This document shows, piece by piece, positions 8,078 through 17,320 of a stretch of DNA of 64,000 nucleotides. Both the position numbers and the translations under genes were made by a program. Under the pieces are notes generated by a model that saw nothing but the letters and a program-made list of their open reading frames with translations, searched no databases and was not told the origin of the DNA. The DNA is from Escherichia coli (GTDB taxonomy: Bacteria > Pseudomonadota > Gammaproteobacteria > Enterobacterales > Enterobacteriaceae). The stretch's first letter is position 1. Each line of letters starts with the position of its first letter. Location of the stretch: NCBI RefSeq assembly GCF_030013595.1, contig NZ_CP122768.1; one strand, written 5' to 3'.

Positions 8078-8964
8078 ATAACTACCTGAAAGACAATGAT
8101 ATTGTCTGTTTTTATAACGGTAATTTCAGGCCATGACAAGCCGCAGCCGCCAAGCTGCCTACTCGAGCGATATCGCTATGATATCACCGAATGTAACATA
8201 CCTGTAGGGTCAAAAAAAGGGTCAGCCAAACATTCTGGAGTGTTCGGTATCGTTGGTACCATTCATGCAAAATGGACTTAAATCTTAAGAAAGACACTCC
8301 ATTAGCTTAAGCTTCCCTACCTTACCCTACCAATACACCTAGCCAGCCGTGAGAACGCTACCGCCATCAGAGGCATTAGTCCCGATTAAGTATCGATGCA
8401 ACCAAATGTTACCAAAATTCATGAATTGTTCAAGAAGGCAATCAGATAATCCCTAAAGCTTTATGGGCCTGGTTATGCGATTACATTGGGAAATGGTTCA
8501 TGAACAGAAGTAGAGCAAGCTGCCAAGAAATGCTCATAAGAGGCGAATTTCCTGTTAGTTCATGAAGCCACCTGGAAGTGAATTCATCTTTCTATTAAAA
8601 ATATTCATTTAAAGCAAAGAGATATGTCATCTGTGGTTTATGAACTGGATTCTCGCTCAACATAAGTTAAATGTGGTGGGTTTGTTCTTAAGTTCATGTG
8701 TTCCGCTCTTTCAGTAGCTTAACTGATGAATCAGTCAGCAGCTCTTGCCGTGCAAGCTACGCGGCGGTTCGTACCAGATTGGCCACCTCCATCTCCTGGT
8801 TCGCTTTCCCCTCCCCCCGGTAAACCTCACCCAACGTTAATTAATGATGTCAGTATGTGGGCGCTATCCTTGTATGTAAAATCCACTGACGATTATGCCC
8901 ATCTGTGAAAAAAACTCACAATGCCATTCGATGCATCTCCATACTGAACGAGGCGTTATCGTCT

Positions 8965-9864
8965 TTATCGCCCCGTAGTGGATATCAGAAAATCAATCAG
9001 GGCCTTCACTCTTTTCGTTTTACCCGCGTTTTTGGGGTAATAGAGATACACTGGCGGGTAGGTTTTCCAGTAGCTCTCCATCACCGGAATAAAGCGCTCC
9101 CTGTCCGGCTGTAACTGCCAGACAGGCTCAAACAAGCGCCCAATTCCCAGCCCGTTACGGATCCCGTCTGCCATAACGTCAATATCGTTGCTGATTAACT
9201 GCCCCGGCATCTCAACGGTCAACTGCTCACCGCGATCGTTCAGGAGCAGCGGAAGGATGCGGTTGTTGGTGATAAAACGGTAACCAATCAGCTGGTGATG
9301 ACAGAGATCTGCCGGCACTTCAGGCGTTCCATGTCGGGAGAGATACGCTGAGGATGCATATAATCCTTCACGAAACGGTTTCATTAACGGTCGGGCCACC
9401 ACCCCTCCCTCAAGAATATCGCCAAAACGGATCCCCAGATCAAAACGCTCTTTGATGATATTCACGGTACCGTCGTAGACCGAAATTTCTAACTGTATAC
9501 CCGGATATTGCTGACAGAATTCTGCCATCGCAGGCTTAAGAATTAACAGGTAGGCAAAACGCGAGAGCGTAATTCGCACCATCCCAGAGGGCTCCTGATG
9601 CTGGTCGCGAATGCTTTCAAGCGAGTTTTCCAGCGACTCCACCGCCGCAGCGGTCTGTTCCAGCAATAATTGACCGGTTTCCGTCAGCTCTATACGGCGG
9701 GTCGTACGCACAAAAAGCGGATGGCCGATATACTCTTCCAGCAGCTTTAGTGCATTGCTGACGGAGGGAGGCGTAATTTCCAGTTTCCTTGCGGCTGCCG
9801 AAATATTGCCCTCCCGCGCAATGCTCTGGAAGATGCGAATCTGGTTATAAAGAGCGTTATTCAT
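8965..9864 (-). CDS. LysR-family transcriptional regulator
   Basis: 299 aa; N-terminal HTH (ISAAARKLEITPPSVSNALKLLEE) and LysR substrate-binding domain; divergent from the downstream oxidoreductase operon. Confidence 0.9.
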   Translation of the reverse strand: MNNALYNQIRIFQSIAREGNISAAARKLEITPPSVSNALKLLEEYIGHPLFVRTTRRIELTETGQLLLEQTAAAVESLENSLESIRDQHQEPSGMVRITLSRFAYLLILKPAMAEFCQQYPGIQLEISVYDGTVNIIKERFDLGIRFGDILEGGVVARPLMKPFREGLYASSAYLSRHGTPEVPADLCHHQLIGYRFITNNRILPLLLNDRGEQLTVEMPGQLISNDIDVMADGIRNGLGIGRLFEPVWQLQPDRERFIPVMESYWKTYPPVYLYYPKNAGKTKRVKALIDFLISTTGR

Positions 9865-10000
9865 AATGTTTTCCTAAAGCAATTCTCGCCTGATTATTAA
9901 GTACAGTCTAAAAATGCTTAAGTCAATGACCCTCTAATCTTCCTGAAATACGCCTCTTATACTTTAGTCTCTTTCTACTACGACCTGAGTTCAGGAGACT

Positions 10001-10312
10001 ATGATGCGAATTTTATGTCTGGATATCCCTGCCCCTGGAGCATCGCTGGAGAAATATGCTCCGCACCTCAACGCTGAAGCGCTGCACGCCTGGGGATTGT
10101 ATAAATCAGGCTTCATCCGCGACATCTACTTCCGTCAGGACAGACCTGGCGTCGCTATTTTTCTTGAATGTGACTCTGTCGATGAAGCGATGAACGTTAT
10201 GGCCGAATTCCCGTTGGCAAAAGCAGGCTTACTAAGCTTCGAGTGTATACCGCTTGGCTCCTTTATTAACTGGGAAAATCTCTTCGCCGATGAATTTAAA
10301 AATAAAGAGTGA
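10001..10312 (+). CDS. Small alpha+beta-barrel protein (YciI/muconolactone isomerase/Dabb-like), 103 aa
   Basis: ORF track; size and operon position; product assignment is tentative. Stop overlaps the next gene start (ATGA-type). Confidence 0.55.
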   Translation: MMRILCLDIPAPGASLEKYAPHLNAEALHAWGLYKSGFIRDIYFRQDRPGVAIFLECDSVDEAMNVMAEFPLAKAGLLSFECIPLGSFINWENLFADEFKNKE

Positions 10313-11010
10313 GGACCGATATGAAACCTGCATATAAACCAGTGCTATGTGTCGTTTCCAGCCATCCGATTAAAGGCGCATCCGGTGTACCAACCGGTTT
10401 TTTCCTGGCCGAGCTGACTCATCCGCTGAAAGTACTGGAAGATGCCGGAATAAAAACAACAATAGCCAGTATTCGCGGGGGGCAGCCACCGGTGGATGGA
10501 TTTGACCTCAGCGACCCTGTTAACGCCTGGTACTGGAACGAAACCGATTTTCAGCAGCGCCTGGCAACAACACCTGCGTTATCCGAGCTGAAAGGTGCCG
10601 ATTACAGCGCAGTTTTCTTTGCAGGTGGTCATGGGACCATGTGGGATTTCCGTGATAATCAGGATGCCCAGCGTATTATCCGCGAAGTGTATGAAAGTGA
10701 TGGGATTGTCTCAGCCGTCTGCCACGGGCCTGCGGCATTGGTTGACGCAAAACTCAGTAGCGGCGAATACCTGATAAAAGGGAAAAATGTGGCGGCCTTT
10801 ACCAACAAGGAAGAGGAAGAAGTTCACACAACAGATGTGGTTCCCTTCCTGCTTGAAACCGCACTTCGCGAGCATGGTGCGCTTTATCATGAAGCTCCAA
10901 ACTGGTCTGAAAACGTGGTTACCGACGATCGCCTTATCACGGGGCAGAATCCCGCTTCAGCACATGGGGTTGGTGTGGCGCTGTTAAATGCACTCCGCCG
11001 GACAGCTTAA
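10309..11010 (+). CDS. DJ-1/PfpI (ThiJ) family type-1 glutamine amidotransferase-like protein
   Basis: 233 aa; nucleophile-elbow-like AVCHGPAAL motif typical of DJ-1/PfpI proteins. Confidence 0.75.
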   Translation: MRTDMKPAYKPVLCVVSSHPIKGASGVPTGFFLAELTHPLKVLEDAGIKTTIASIRGGQPPVDGFDLSDPVNAWYWNETDFQQRLATTPALSELKGADYSAVFFAGGHGTMWDFRDNQDAQRIIREVYESDGIVSAVCHGPAALVDAKLSSGEYLIKGKNVAAFTNKEEEEVHTTDVVPFLLETALREHGALYHEAPNWSENVVTDDRLITGQNPASAHGVGVALLNALRRTA

Positions 11011-11083
11011 TTAATTCATCGTTACTCACCTTACTTGGCCGGTTTAAGTCAGCCACGATCCGGCCTTTTTTCAGGAGCTGAAT

Positions 11084-12031
11084 ATGAAAACACTACCTCC
11101 AGTCGCACTAGGTACATGGTCCTGGAGCACAGGCTTTGCCGGCGGCGACACCGTCTTTGGTAATCATCTTTCTGATACTCAGATGGCAGAAGTGTTCACT
11201 GCGGCCATGAGTAAGGGCCTCAATCTCTGGGATACCGCAGCAGTATATGGTATGGGGAGTTCCGAGACTGTGCTGGGAGCATTAGTCCGTCAGTTTCCCC
11301 GCGAGAACATAATTTTATCCACCAAATTCACGCCGCAGATTGCGGACAAGCAGTCTGCGCAGCCTGTCAGCGATATGCTTGAGGCCAGCCTTGGGCGCCT
11401 GGGCGTGGACGCGATTGATATCTACTGGATCCATAATCCCCTCGACGTCGAAAAATGGACGCCAGGACTGATCCCACTTTTACAAAGCGGTAAGGTAAAA
11501 CGCGTAGGTGTTTCCAACCACAATCTGGCACAAATCAGACGCGCCAATGAAATCCTTAACGCTTCCGGTTATTCCCTCAGTGCAGTACAAAATCACTACA
11601 GCCTGCTCTATCGCGCTTCTGAAGAGGCCGGGATCCTTGATTATTGCCGACAAAATAACATCACGTTCTTTGCTTACATGGTCCTGGAGCAAGGCGCGCT
11701 CAGTGGTCGTTATGATTCAAATCATCCCATGCCTGCCGGGAGTGGCCGGGCCGAAAGTTATAACGCCGTACTGCCGCAGATAGAAAGACTAACCGCCGCC
11801 ATGAAAAAAATGGGAGCCGAAAGGAATGCCAGCGTGGCACAGATAGCCATCGCATGGGCTATTGCGAAAGGTACCCTTCCCCTCGTTGGTGCGACTAAAG
11901 TCCATCACGTTCTGGACGCCGCCTGCGCTTCAGACATCCAGTTACGCGATGAGGAAATCATCCTGCTGGAACAACTCGCCGCAGAGACCAGAGTGGATAC
12001 ACGAGGCGCCTGGGAAAAACCGATGGTGTAA
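11084..12031 (+). CDS. Aldo/keto reductase family oxidoreductase
   Basis: 315 aa; AKR-like sequence (LWDTAAVYGMGSSE..., ...GVSNHNLAQI...). Confidence 0.85.
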   Translation: MKTLPPVALGTWSWSTGFAGGDTVFGNHLSDTQMAEVFTAAMSKGLNLWDTAAVYGMGSSETVLGALVRQFPRENIILSTKFTPQIADKQSAQPVSDMLEASLGRLGVDAIDIYWIHNPLDVEKWTPGLIPLLQSGKVKRVGVSNHNLAQIRRANEILNASGYSLSAVQNHYSLLYRASEEAGILDYCRQNNITFFAYMVLEQGALSGRYDSNHPMPAGSGRAESYNAVLPQIERLTAAMKKMGAERNASVAQIAIAWAIAKGTLPLVGATKVHHVLDAACASDIQLRDEEIILLEQLAAETRVDTRGAWEKPMV

Positions 12032-12133
12032 AGCCCGTCCGGAACAGACTGTCATGAATGACACACACGAACGGGCTGTTCCGGGTGATTCTAATCTGTA
12101 TCACTTTTACTGCTTTGTATGAATGGTGAGAAT

Positions 12134-12812
12134 ATGAAAATCATTTGCCTCGAAGAAAATTATCTCGACAGCGAGTTAGGGCGAGCGTGTATGCCTGTTG
12201 CGCTTGAGCAGGCACCTTTCCTTGGCGACTGGGGGAAAACCGTCGCTGATGGTCATAATCCTGACCGACTCCCTGCTTTCCCGCTTTAATAAACTGAATG
12301 TGCCACTCTATCTTCATCCCGGGTTACCGCTTAAAAGCGTACAGCAGGCCTACTTCACGGGCTTCAGCGCAGAGGTCAACGCCAGGCTTTCTATGTTTGC
12401 CTGGGGCTGGCATCACGAAGCGGGGATCCATTTGTTGCGGCTGATGTTATCGGGTGCATTTGATAAATATCCCCACTTGCAGGTAATCAGTGGCCACTGG
12501 GGGGAGATGTTACCCTTCTGGCTCCAGCGTCTTGATGACAGCCTACCACTGGCTGCAACGGGTCTGTCACGCACGCTAACGAGAACCTTCCAGCAACACG
12601 TTTACGTTACCCCGTCAGGTATGCTGACACTGCCGCACTTCAAGTTTATCTACGCGTTAATGGGGGCTGAAAGGATCCTGTTCTCCGTCGATTATCCCTA
12701 TCAGACCCCTGGACGGTGTAAAAACCTTTATAGACAGTCTGCCCGTCAACAAGGCTGAAAAAGAGGCCATCGCGTTTCGCAATGCAGAACGTTTACTGGG
12801 CATCACGGTTTA
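12134..12812 (+). pseudogene. Disrupted amidohydrolase-2 family gene (frameshifted/truncated)
   Basis: Three consecutive frames carry pieces: MKIICLEENY... (12134-), the 186-aa ORF 12198-12758 (…ISGHWGEMLPFWLQRLDD…FSVDYPYQ…) and a C-terminal tail …KEAIAFRNAERLLGITV ending ~12812. No single intact ORF. Confidence 0.55.
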
Positions 12813-12963
12813 GTTCACCGTTTCATGATGACTGAGCACATTGTGATCAGCCGACAATTATTAGTTTTTGCCTAAAAGTGAATGAGCCTTTACTGCTCTA
12901 AAAAAATAATGTTGTCACTCTATACTGGATTTAATATTCACCAAAGATGTTTAACTGATTGAA

Positions 12964-13536
12964 ATGAAAAATATCCTTGTTATTTCAGGTCATCCTGAGC
13001 TTACCCATTCCGTCGCCAATGCCACTATTCTTGATGAAGTGGAGACCGCCCTTCCCGATGTTGAGATTCGTCGTCTGGACAGGCTCTATCCGGATGGCAA
13101 ATTCAACATCGCGGCGGAGCAGAAAAGCCTGCTCAGGGCCGATGTGATTGTCTGGCAGTTCCCTTTTTCCTGGTATGGGCTGCCAGGATTAATGAAAAAA
13201 TGGCTGGACGAGGTCTTTGTTCACGGCTTCGCGCATGGCTCAACGGCGAAACTGGGCGGTAAAAAGCTGATCCTCTCCTTTACAACGGGAGCGCCAGAGG
13301 AGCTCTATACCGTCGACAGTTTCTTTGGCCATACCATTGAAGAGTATCTTATTCCGTTCGAAACCACGGCAAGGCTGTGCAATCTTGAGCTGCTGGCGCC
13401 GGTTTATACCTGCGGTATCAGCTATGCCGACCGGGATGCCGACAAAATCGCGCAGCAAAAAACGCTTGCCCGGGAACACGCTTCAAGGCTTGTCGAACTG
13501 CTCAATTCCGTCGTGAATAATCCAGAGGGAGAATAA
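12964..13536 (+). CDS. Flavodoxin-like NAD(P)H dehydrogenase (quinone) family protein
   Basis: 190 aa; MKNILVISGHPE... N-terminus and size typical of NAD(P)H:quinone oxidoreductase / KefF-like proteins. Confidence 0.75.
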   Translation: MKNILVISGHPELTHSVANATILDEVETALPDVEIRRLDRLYPDGKFNIAAEQKSLLRADVIVWQFPFSWYGLPGLMKKWLDEVFVHGFAHGSTAKLGGKKLILSFTTGAPEELYTVDSFFGHTIEEYLIPFETTARLCNLELLAPVYTCGISYADRDADKIAQQKTLAREHASRLVELLNSVVNNPEGE

Positions 13537-13538
13537 CA

Positions 13539-14558
13539 ATGCAGTATACCCGGCTCGGTAAAAGTGACTTACTTGTTTCCCGCATCTGCATGGGATGCAT
13601 GGGGTTTGGCGATCCGTCGACGGGTCAGCATAGCTGGACGCTGGACGAAACAGCAAGCCGCGACATCATTCGCTATGGCCTTGAAAAGGGCATCAACTTT
13701 TACGATACCGCTATAGCCTACCAGAATGGCTCCAGTGAGCGATACGTTGGCCGGGCATTACGGGAGATGGCGAAACGCGATGATATCGTCCTGGCCACCA
13801 AGTTTCTGCCGCGAACCCCCGCACAAATTGCCGGAGGGATCAGCGGAAAAGAGGCAATCGCTCAATCCCTTGACCAGAGCCTGAAGAATCTGGGGATGGA
13901 CTATATCGACCTCTACATCTACCACATCTGGGATTACAACACGCCCATTATCGACGTGCTTGAAGCGTTACATACCGCTGTTACTGCTGGCAAAGTACGA
14001 GCTGTTGGTATTTCAAACTGCTATGCCTGGCAGCTGGCGAAGGCGAACGCCCTTGCTGAACGCGAAGGGCTGACGCCCTTTGTTTCCGTACAGAGCCACT
14101 ACAATCTAATTATGCGCGAAGATGAACGGGAGCTCTTCGGCCTGTGCACTGAGGATAATATCGCAATGACCCCCTATAGCGCGCTGGCCAGCGGCCGCCT
14201 CTCTCGTAAAGAAGGCTATACACGGCGAGCCACAGAGGATGACTATGCGCGTGGAAAATATGACAGCACGGCTGAACAGGATCGCAACATTATTGAGCGT
14301 GTAGCCGAACTGGCCGAACGTCATCTGGTGTCAATGACGGAAATATCTCTCGCTTGGCTGCTGACAAAAGTCACATCACCTGTCGTAGGGGCTACAAAAA
14401 AAGCTCATGTCGATGGCGCGGTAAACGCAGTAAATCTTCAACTAAGTCCGGAGGAAATTCAGTTTCTGGAAGAAACCTACCAGCCGCATGTTCTGACGGG
14501 GATCATGGCGCAAAATACGCCGCAAACGAAAGATGTTAAGCAGGTCTGGATGCGATAG
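13539..14558 (+). CDS. Aldo/keto reductase family oxidoreductase (Tas/YajO-like)
   Basis: 339 aa; AKR hallmarks (…INFYDTAIAYQNGSSE…, …GISNCYAWQ…). Confidence 0.85.
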   Translation: MQYTRLGKSDLLVSRICMGCMGFGDPSTGQHSWTLDETASRDIIRYGLEKGINFYDTAIAYQNGSSERYVGRALREMAKRDDIVLATKFLPRTPAQIAGGISGKEAIAQSLDQSLKNLGMDYIDLYIYHIWDYNTPIIDVLEALHTAVTAGKVRAVGISNCYAWQLAKANALAEREGLTPFVSVQSHYNLIMREDERELFGLCTEDNIAMTPYSALASGRLSRKEGYTRRATEDDYARGKYDSTAEQDRNIIERVAELAERHLVSMTEISLAWLLTKVTSPVVGATKKAHVDGAVNAVNLQLSPEEIQFLEETYQPHVLTGIMAQNTPQTKDVKQVWMR

Positions 14559-14673
14559 CCCTTATTCACTTTTCCTCCTCTCGTCTTTGAGAGCGCCAGT
14601 AGCGGTCGGTTACGTTCTTACCAGCACCAGTTGATCGAACGTCTTAAACAGTAATGTCAGTAAAAAGATCATC

Positions 14674-15399
14674 GTGAAAAAGACTTTTATGCTTTTAATT
14701 TGCATGCTAATAAGCAGCCCTGTCTTTGCAACAAAACCGGACGCGCCGAATAAGCCGGAGATGAATATCTTCGAGCTCGGCATCAGACCCGATCGGGACA
14801 ACGACTTTGCAGACGTGGCCAGACAGACGATTTCCGCTTCGGTTGATCATGAAGCTGGTACACTGGCGATGTATGCCCTGAAACGCAGCGACAATTCAGG
14901 TCAGGCATTCATGTTCGAACTCTATGAAAATGAGCGTGCTTATCGCAAACATCTCAATGCCGCCCCATACAAAGCATTCGCTGCTCGTGCACCTGACATT
15001 ATTGACAGGAAGAAGAAAATTACCCTGGAGCCACAGTTTCTGGGCGACAAACACATCATACCGAATGAACGAACTATCAATAATCTGGTGATCGTCGAAG
15101 TAAAGCCTGAATTTCAGAGCGAATTTAGAAACATCGTCCTTCCTGAAATGGTCGAGTCGCTCAAAGTAGAGAAAGGCGTGTTAGCCATGTATGCCGGTAC
15201 AGATTCAGAGACTCCAAAACGATGGTATTTCTATGAGATTTACGCCAGTGAGGAGGATTATCAACTGCACCGACAAACGCTGCACTTCCTGGATTACCTC
15301 AGGCAAACGGCGCATATGAGCGCCAGGAAGGACGCAATCCCGGTAAAACCGGTATTTCTTCGTAACAAAGGCGGAATCAAACAGGAGCCGCAACGTTGA
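14674..15399 (+). CDS. Secreted tandem ABM (antibiotic-biosynthesis-monooxygenase-like) domain protein
   Basis: 241 aa; N-terminal signal-peptide-like MKKTFMLLICMLISSPVFA; two repeats of similar length, each with an ...AMYAL/AMYAG...YE.Y...Y..H pattern. Confidence 0.65.
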   Translation: MKKTFMLLICMLISSPVFATKPDAPNKPEMNIFELGIRPDRDNDFADVARQTISASVDHEAGTLAMYALKRSDNSGQAFMFELYENERAYRKHLNAAPYKAFAARAPDIIDRKKKITLEPQFLGDKHIIPNERTINNLVIVEVKPEFQSEFRNIVLPEMVESLKVEKGVLAMYAGTDSETPKRWYFYEIYASEEDYQLHRQTLHFLDYLRQTAHMSARKDAIPVKPVFLRNKGGIKQEPQR

Positions 15400-15414
15400 C
15401 CAGTAAGGATTAAC

Positions 15415-16218
15415 ATGAAAAGCGTACTTGCAGCAGCGGCTATGTCGCTTGTTATTTCTGATTTTGCCAATGCTGAGGAAACAAGAGGTAAAGCTATGAT
15501 GAAAATAGAACCGTCAGCGATTTCGGAAGCTGATATTCGTTCCGTCTCACCGGCTCTCGCGCGCTTTGGTCGCGAAGCTATTACTGAAGATCTGTGGACA
15601 CGCGACGCCCTCTCACCGAGGGATCGTAGTGTGGTGACCGTCGCCATGCTGATTGCCCGCAACCAGCCTGCCGAGCTTAAGCACTATATTGACGTCGCTC
15701 TCGATAGCGGCGTGACGCCAGCGGAATTATCAGAAATCATTACCCATCTGGCGTTCTACTCAGGTTGGCCAAATGCAATGTCAGCCGTCAGCGTGACCAA
15801 AGCAGTATTTGAAACTCGTGGCGTCACGGCAGATGCACTTCCTGAAGCTTCTCCGGACCTGCTTCCTCTCAATCAGGAAGCAGAAAAGCAGCGTTCAGAG
15901 ACAGTGGAAAAAAATGTTGGCCCAATATCTCCAGGCCTGGTTAAATTCACTGCTGATCCACTCTTCCTGGATCTCTGGCAAAGACCCGCGCTGAAACCCC
16001 GCGACAGAAGCCTGATTACGGTCAGCGCCTTAATCGCATCCGGACAGAGCGCGCAGATTGGCTATCACCTCAATAGAGCAATGGATAATGGACTTTCTGT
16101 TGAGGAAGCTGGTGAGATCGTTACCCAGGCCGCCTTCTATGCTGGCTGGCCAAACGCATTTACCGCTGCTCCGGTTGTGGGAGAGGTGCTAAACAATCGA
16201 TCATCGAGTAAAAGGTAA
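15415..16218 (+). CDS. Tandem carboxymuconolactone-decarboxylase (CMD) family protein, possibly exported
   Basis: 267 aa; two repeats each with ...LW.R.ALSPRDRS..TVA.LIA... and ...HL.RA.D.G...E..E...H.AFY.GWPNA... motifs; hydrophobic N-terminus. Confidence 0.7.
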   Translation: MKSVLAAAAMSLVISDFANAEETRGKAMMKIEPSAISEADIRSVSPALARFGREAITEDLWTRDALSPRDRSVVTVAMLIARNQPAELKHYIDVALDSGVTPAELSEIITHLAFYSGWPNAMSAVSVTKAVFETRGVTADALPEASPDLLPLNQEAEKQRSETVEKNVGPISPGLVKFTADPLFLDLWQRPALKPRDRSLITVSALIASGQSAQIGYHLNRAMDNGLSVEEAGEIVTQAAFYAGWPNAFTAAPVVGEVLNNRSSSKR

Positions 16219-16632
16219 CATTACTGAACACTAAAACCTGACGCACATCACAAAATTAGAACGATCAGTTCATGAACCAACAGACGTGACATCGAGTGAT
16301 TTATGGACAGCGTTTAACACAGTTATGAACCAAAACTGAGTTCATAACTGTGAGTTTGAATCGTCATTTGATTAATATCCATTTAAAACAGTTTGTTATG
16401 CTGTTTCTGGTGCTGAAGTCAATTATGTATATCCCTCAAACCCAGAATAGTTAAATGGAATTTGAGTGATGCGAAGCGATTTTACGGTCGTCGTTATTAC
16501 TTCAGGGTTCCAGAACATAAAGCCTCTCCTCTTTCATGATTGGCCTGTGCATACCGGATATAGGCTGGCTGGTATGCAGGTTTGCCGTTTGCCGCATCTT
16601 CCCTGCGTTGAAGAGTCAGGCTGGCAAACCGC

Positions 16633-16887
16633 GTGCAAATGAACACCCCCTCTTTCCATCAACACTTCAGACAGCTTGCGGGAATGAGTCCACTCCGGTA
16701 TCAGAAATGGCTACGCCTCAATGAAGCCAGGCGACTGATGCTGAATGAACATTACGATGTCACCACTGCAGCCTATGCTGTCGGTTACGAAAGCTTATCC
16801 CATTTCAGTCGGGAATATTCGCGGATGTTTGGAGAGTCACCTAAGAGAGATATTGCCAGGTTAAGAAAGTCTGTCGGTCAGCTTTAA
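16633..16887 (+). pseudogene. yneL: AraC-family regulator remnant (C-terminal HTH only), yneL-like
   Basis: 84-aa ORF carrying only an AraC C-terminal HTH (…FHQHFRQLAGMSPLRYQKWLRLNEARRLML…LSHFSREYSRMFGESP…); no N-terminal domain upstream. Matches the position of the K-12 yneL remnant next to the yde fimbrial genes. Confidence 0.6.
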
Positions 16888-17320
16888 TAAACCCTGCACT
16901 TATCTGTTTAAAGCAATTCCGTGTTAGTTACACCAGGCAAACATTAACTATGGCTAATGATTTATAGCCATATAAACCATTGGTCGCTCTTGACCTTTCC
17001 TGACACTTCCCTTGTTCGCAATAATATTCTGTTTAGTCGCTGTTTATAAATAACATGCATAATGAAATCGTAATGTTATTTAGCGACATAAAATGTCTTT
17101 GCAAATACTCTCTACAACAAGTGCTGCAATAAACTTGTTGTGATTAGGTGTCCTTGTAATTTAAAGATATTATCGTTCTTCGTGAAATGTAATAACCCTG
17201 GAAACTATATTCTCAGGGCAATATCCCATCAAGAATGATTCTTGTTTTATAAGCAATAACAGAATGACTTAATTGTTAACTTTCTTTATTCAGCTACTTA
17301 AATATAAATTTTGGAGAATT

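Larger units (their letters stand above)
6440..8280 (-). mobile_element. IS91-family insertion sequence (orf121 + HUH/Y2 rolling-circle transposase); boundaries approximate
   Basis: Two overlapping minus-strand genes typical of IS91 (ORF121 then TnpA); hairpin-capable GCGGCT-ctca-GCCGC just beyond the tnpA 3' end (~6515-6535). IS91-type elements lack terminal inverted repeats, so ends could not be set precisely. Confidence 0.55.

Noticed and set aside
9865-10000. LysR-type T-N11-A operator in the divergent promoter (TTAAGTACAGTCTAAAAATGCTTAAG)
   Set aside because: It contains an imperfect dyad but I could not define a convincing T-N11-A palindrome at the expected spacing; left unannotated.
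12198-12758. 186-aa ORF as an intact gene
   Set aside because: It corresponds to the middle and C-terminal part of an amidohydrolase-2 protein whose N-terminus and C-terminal tail are in other frames; called as part of a pseudogene instead.
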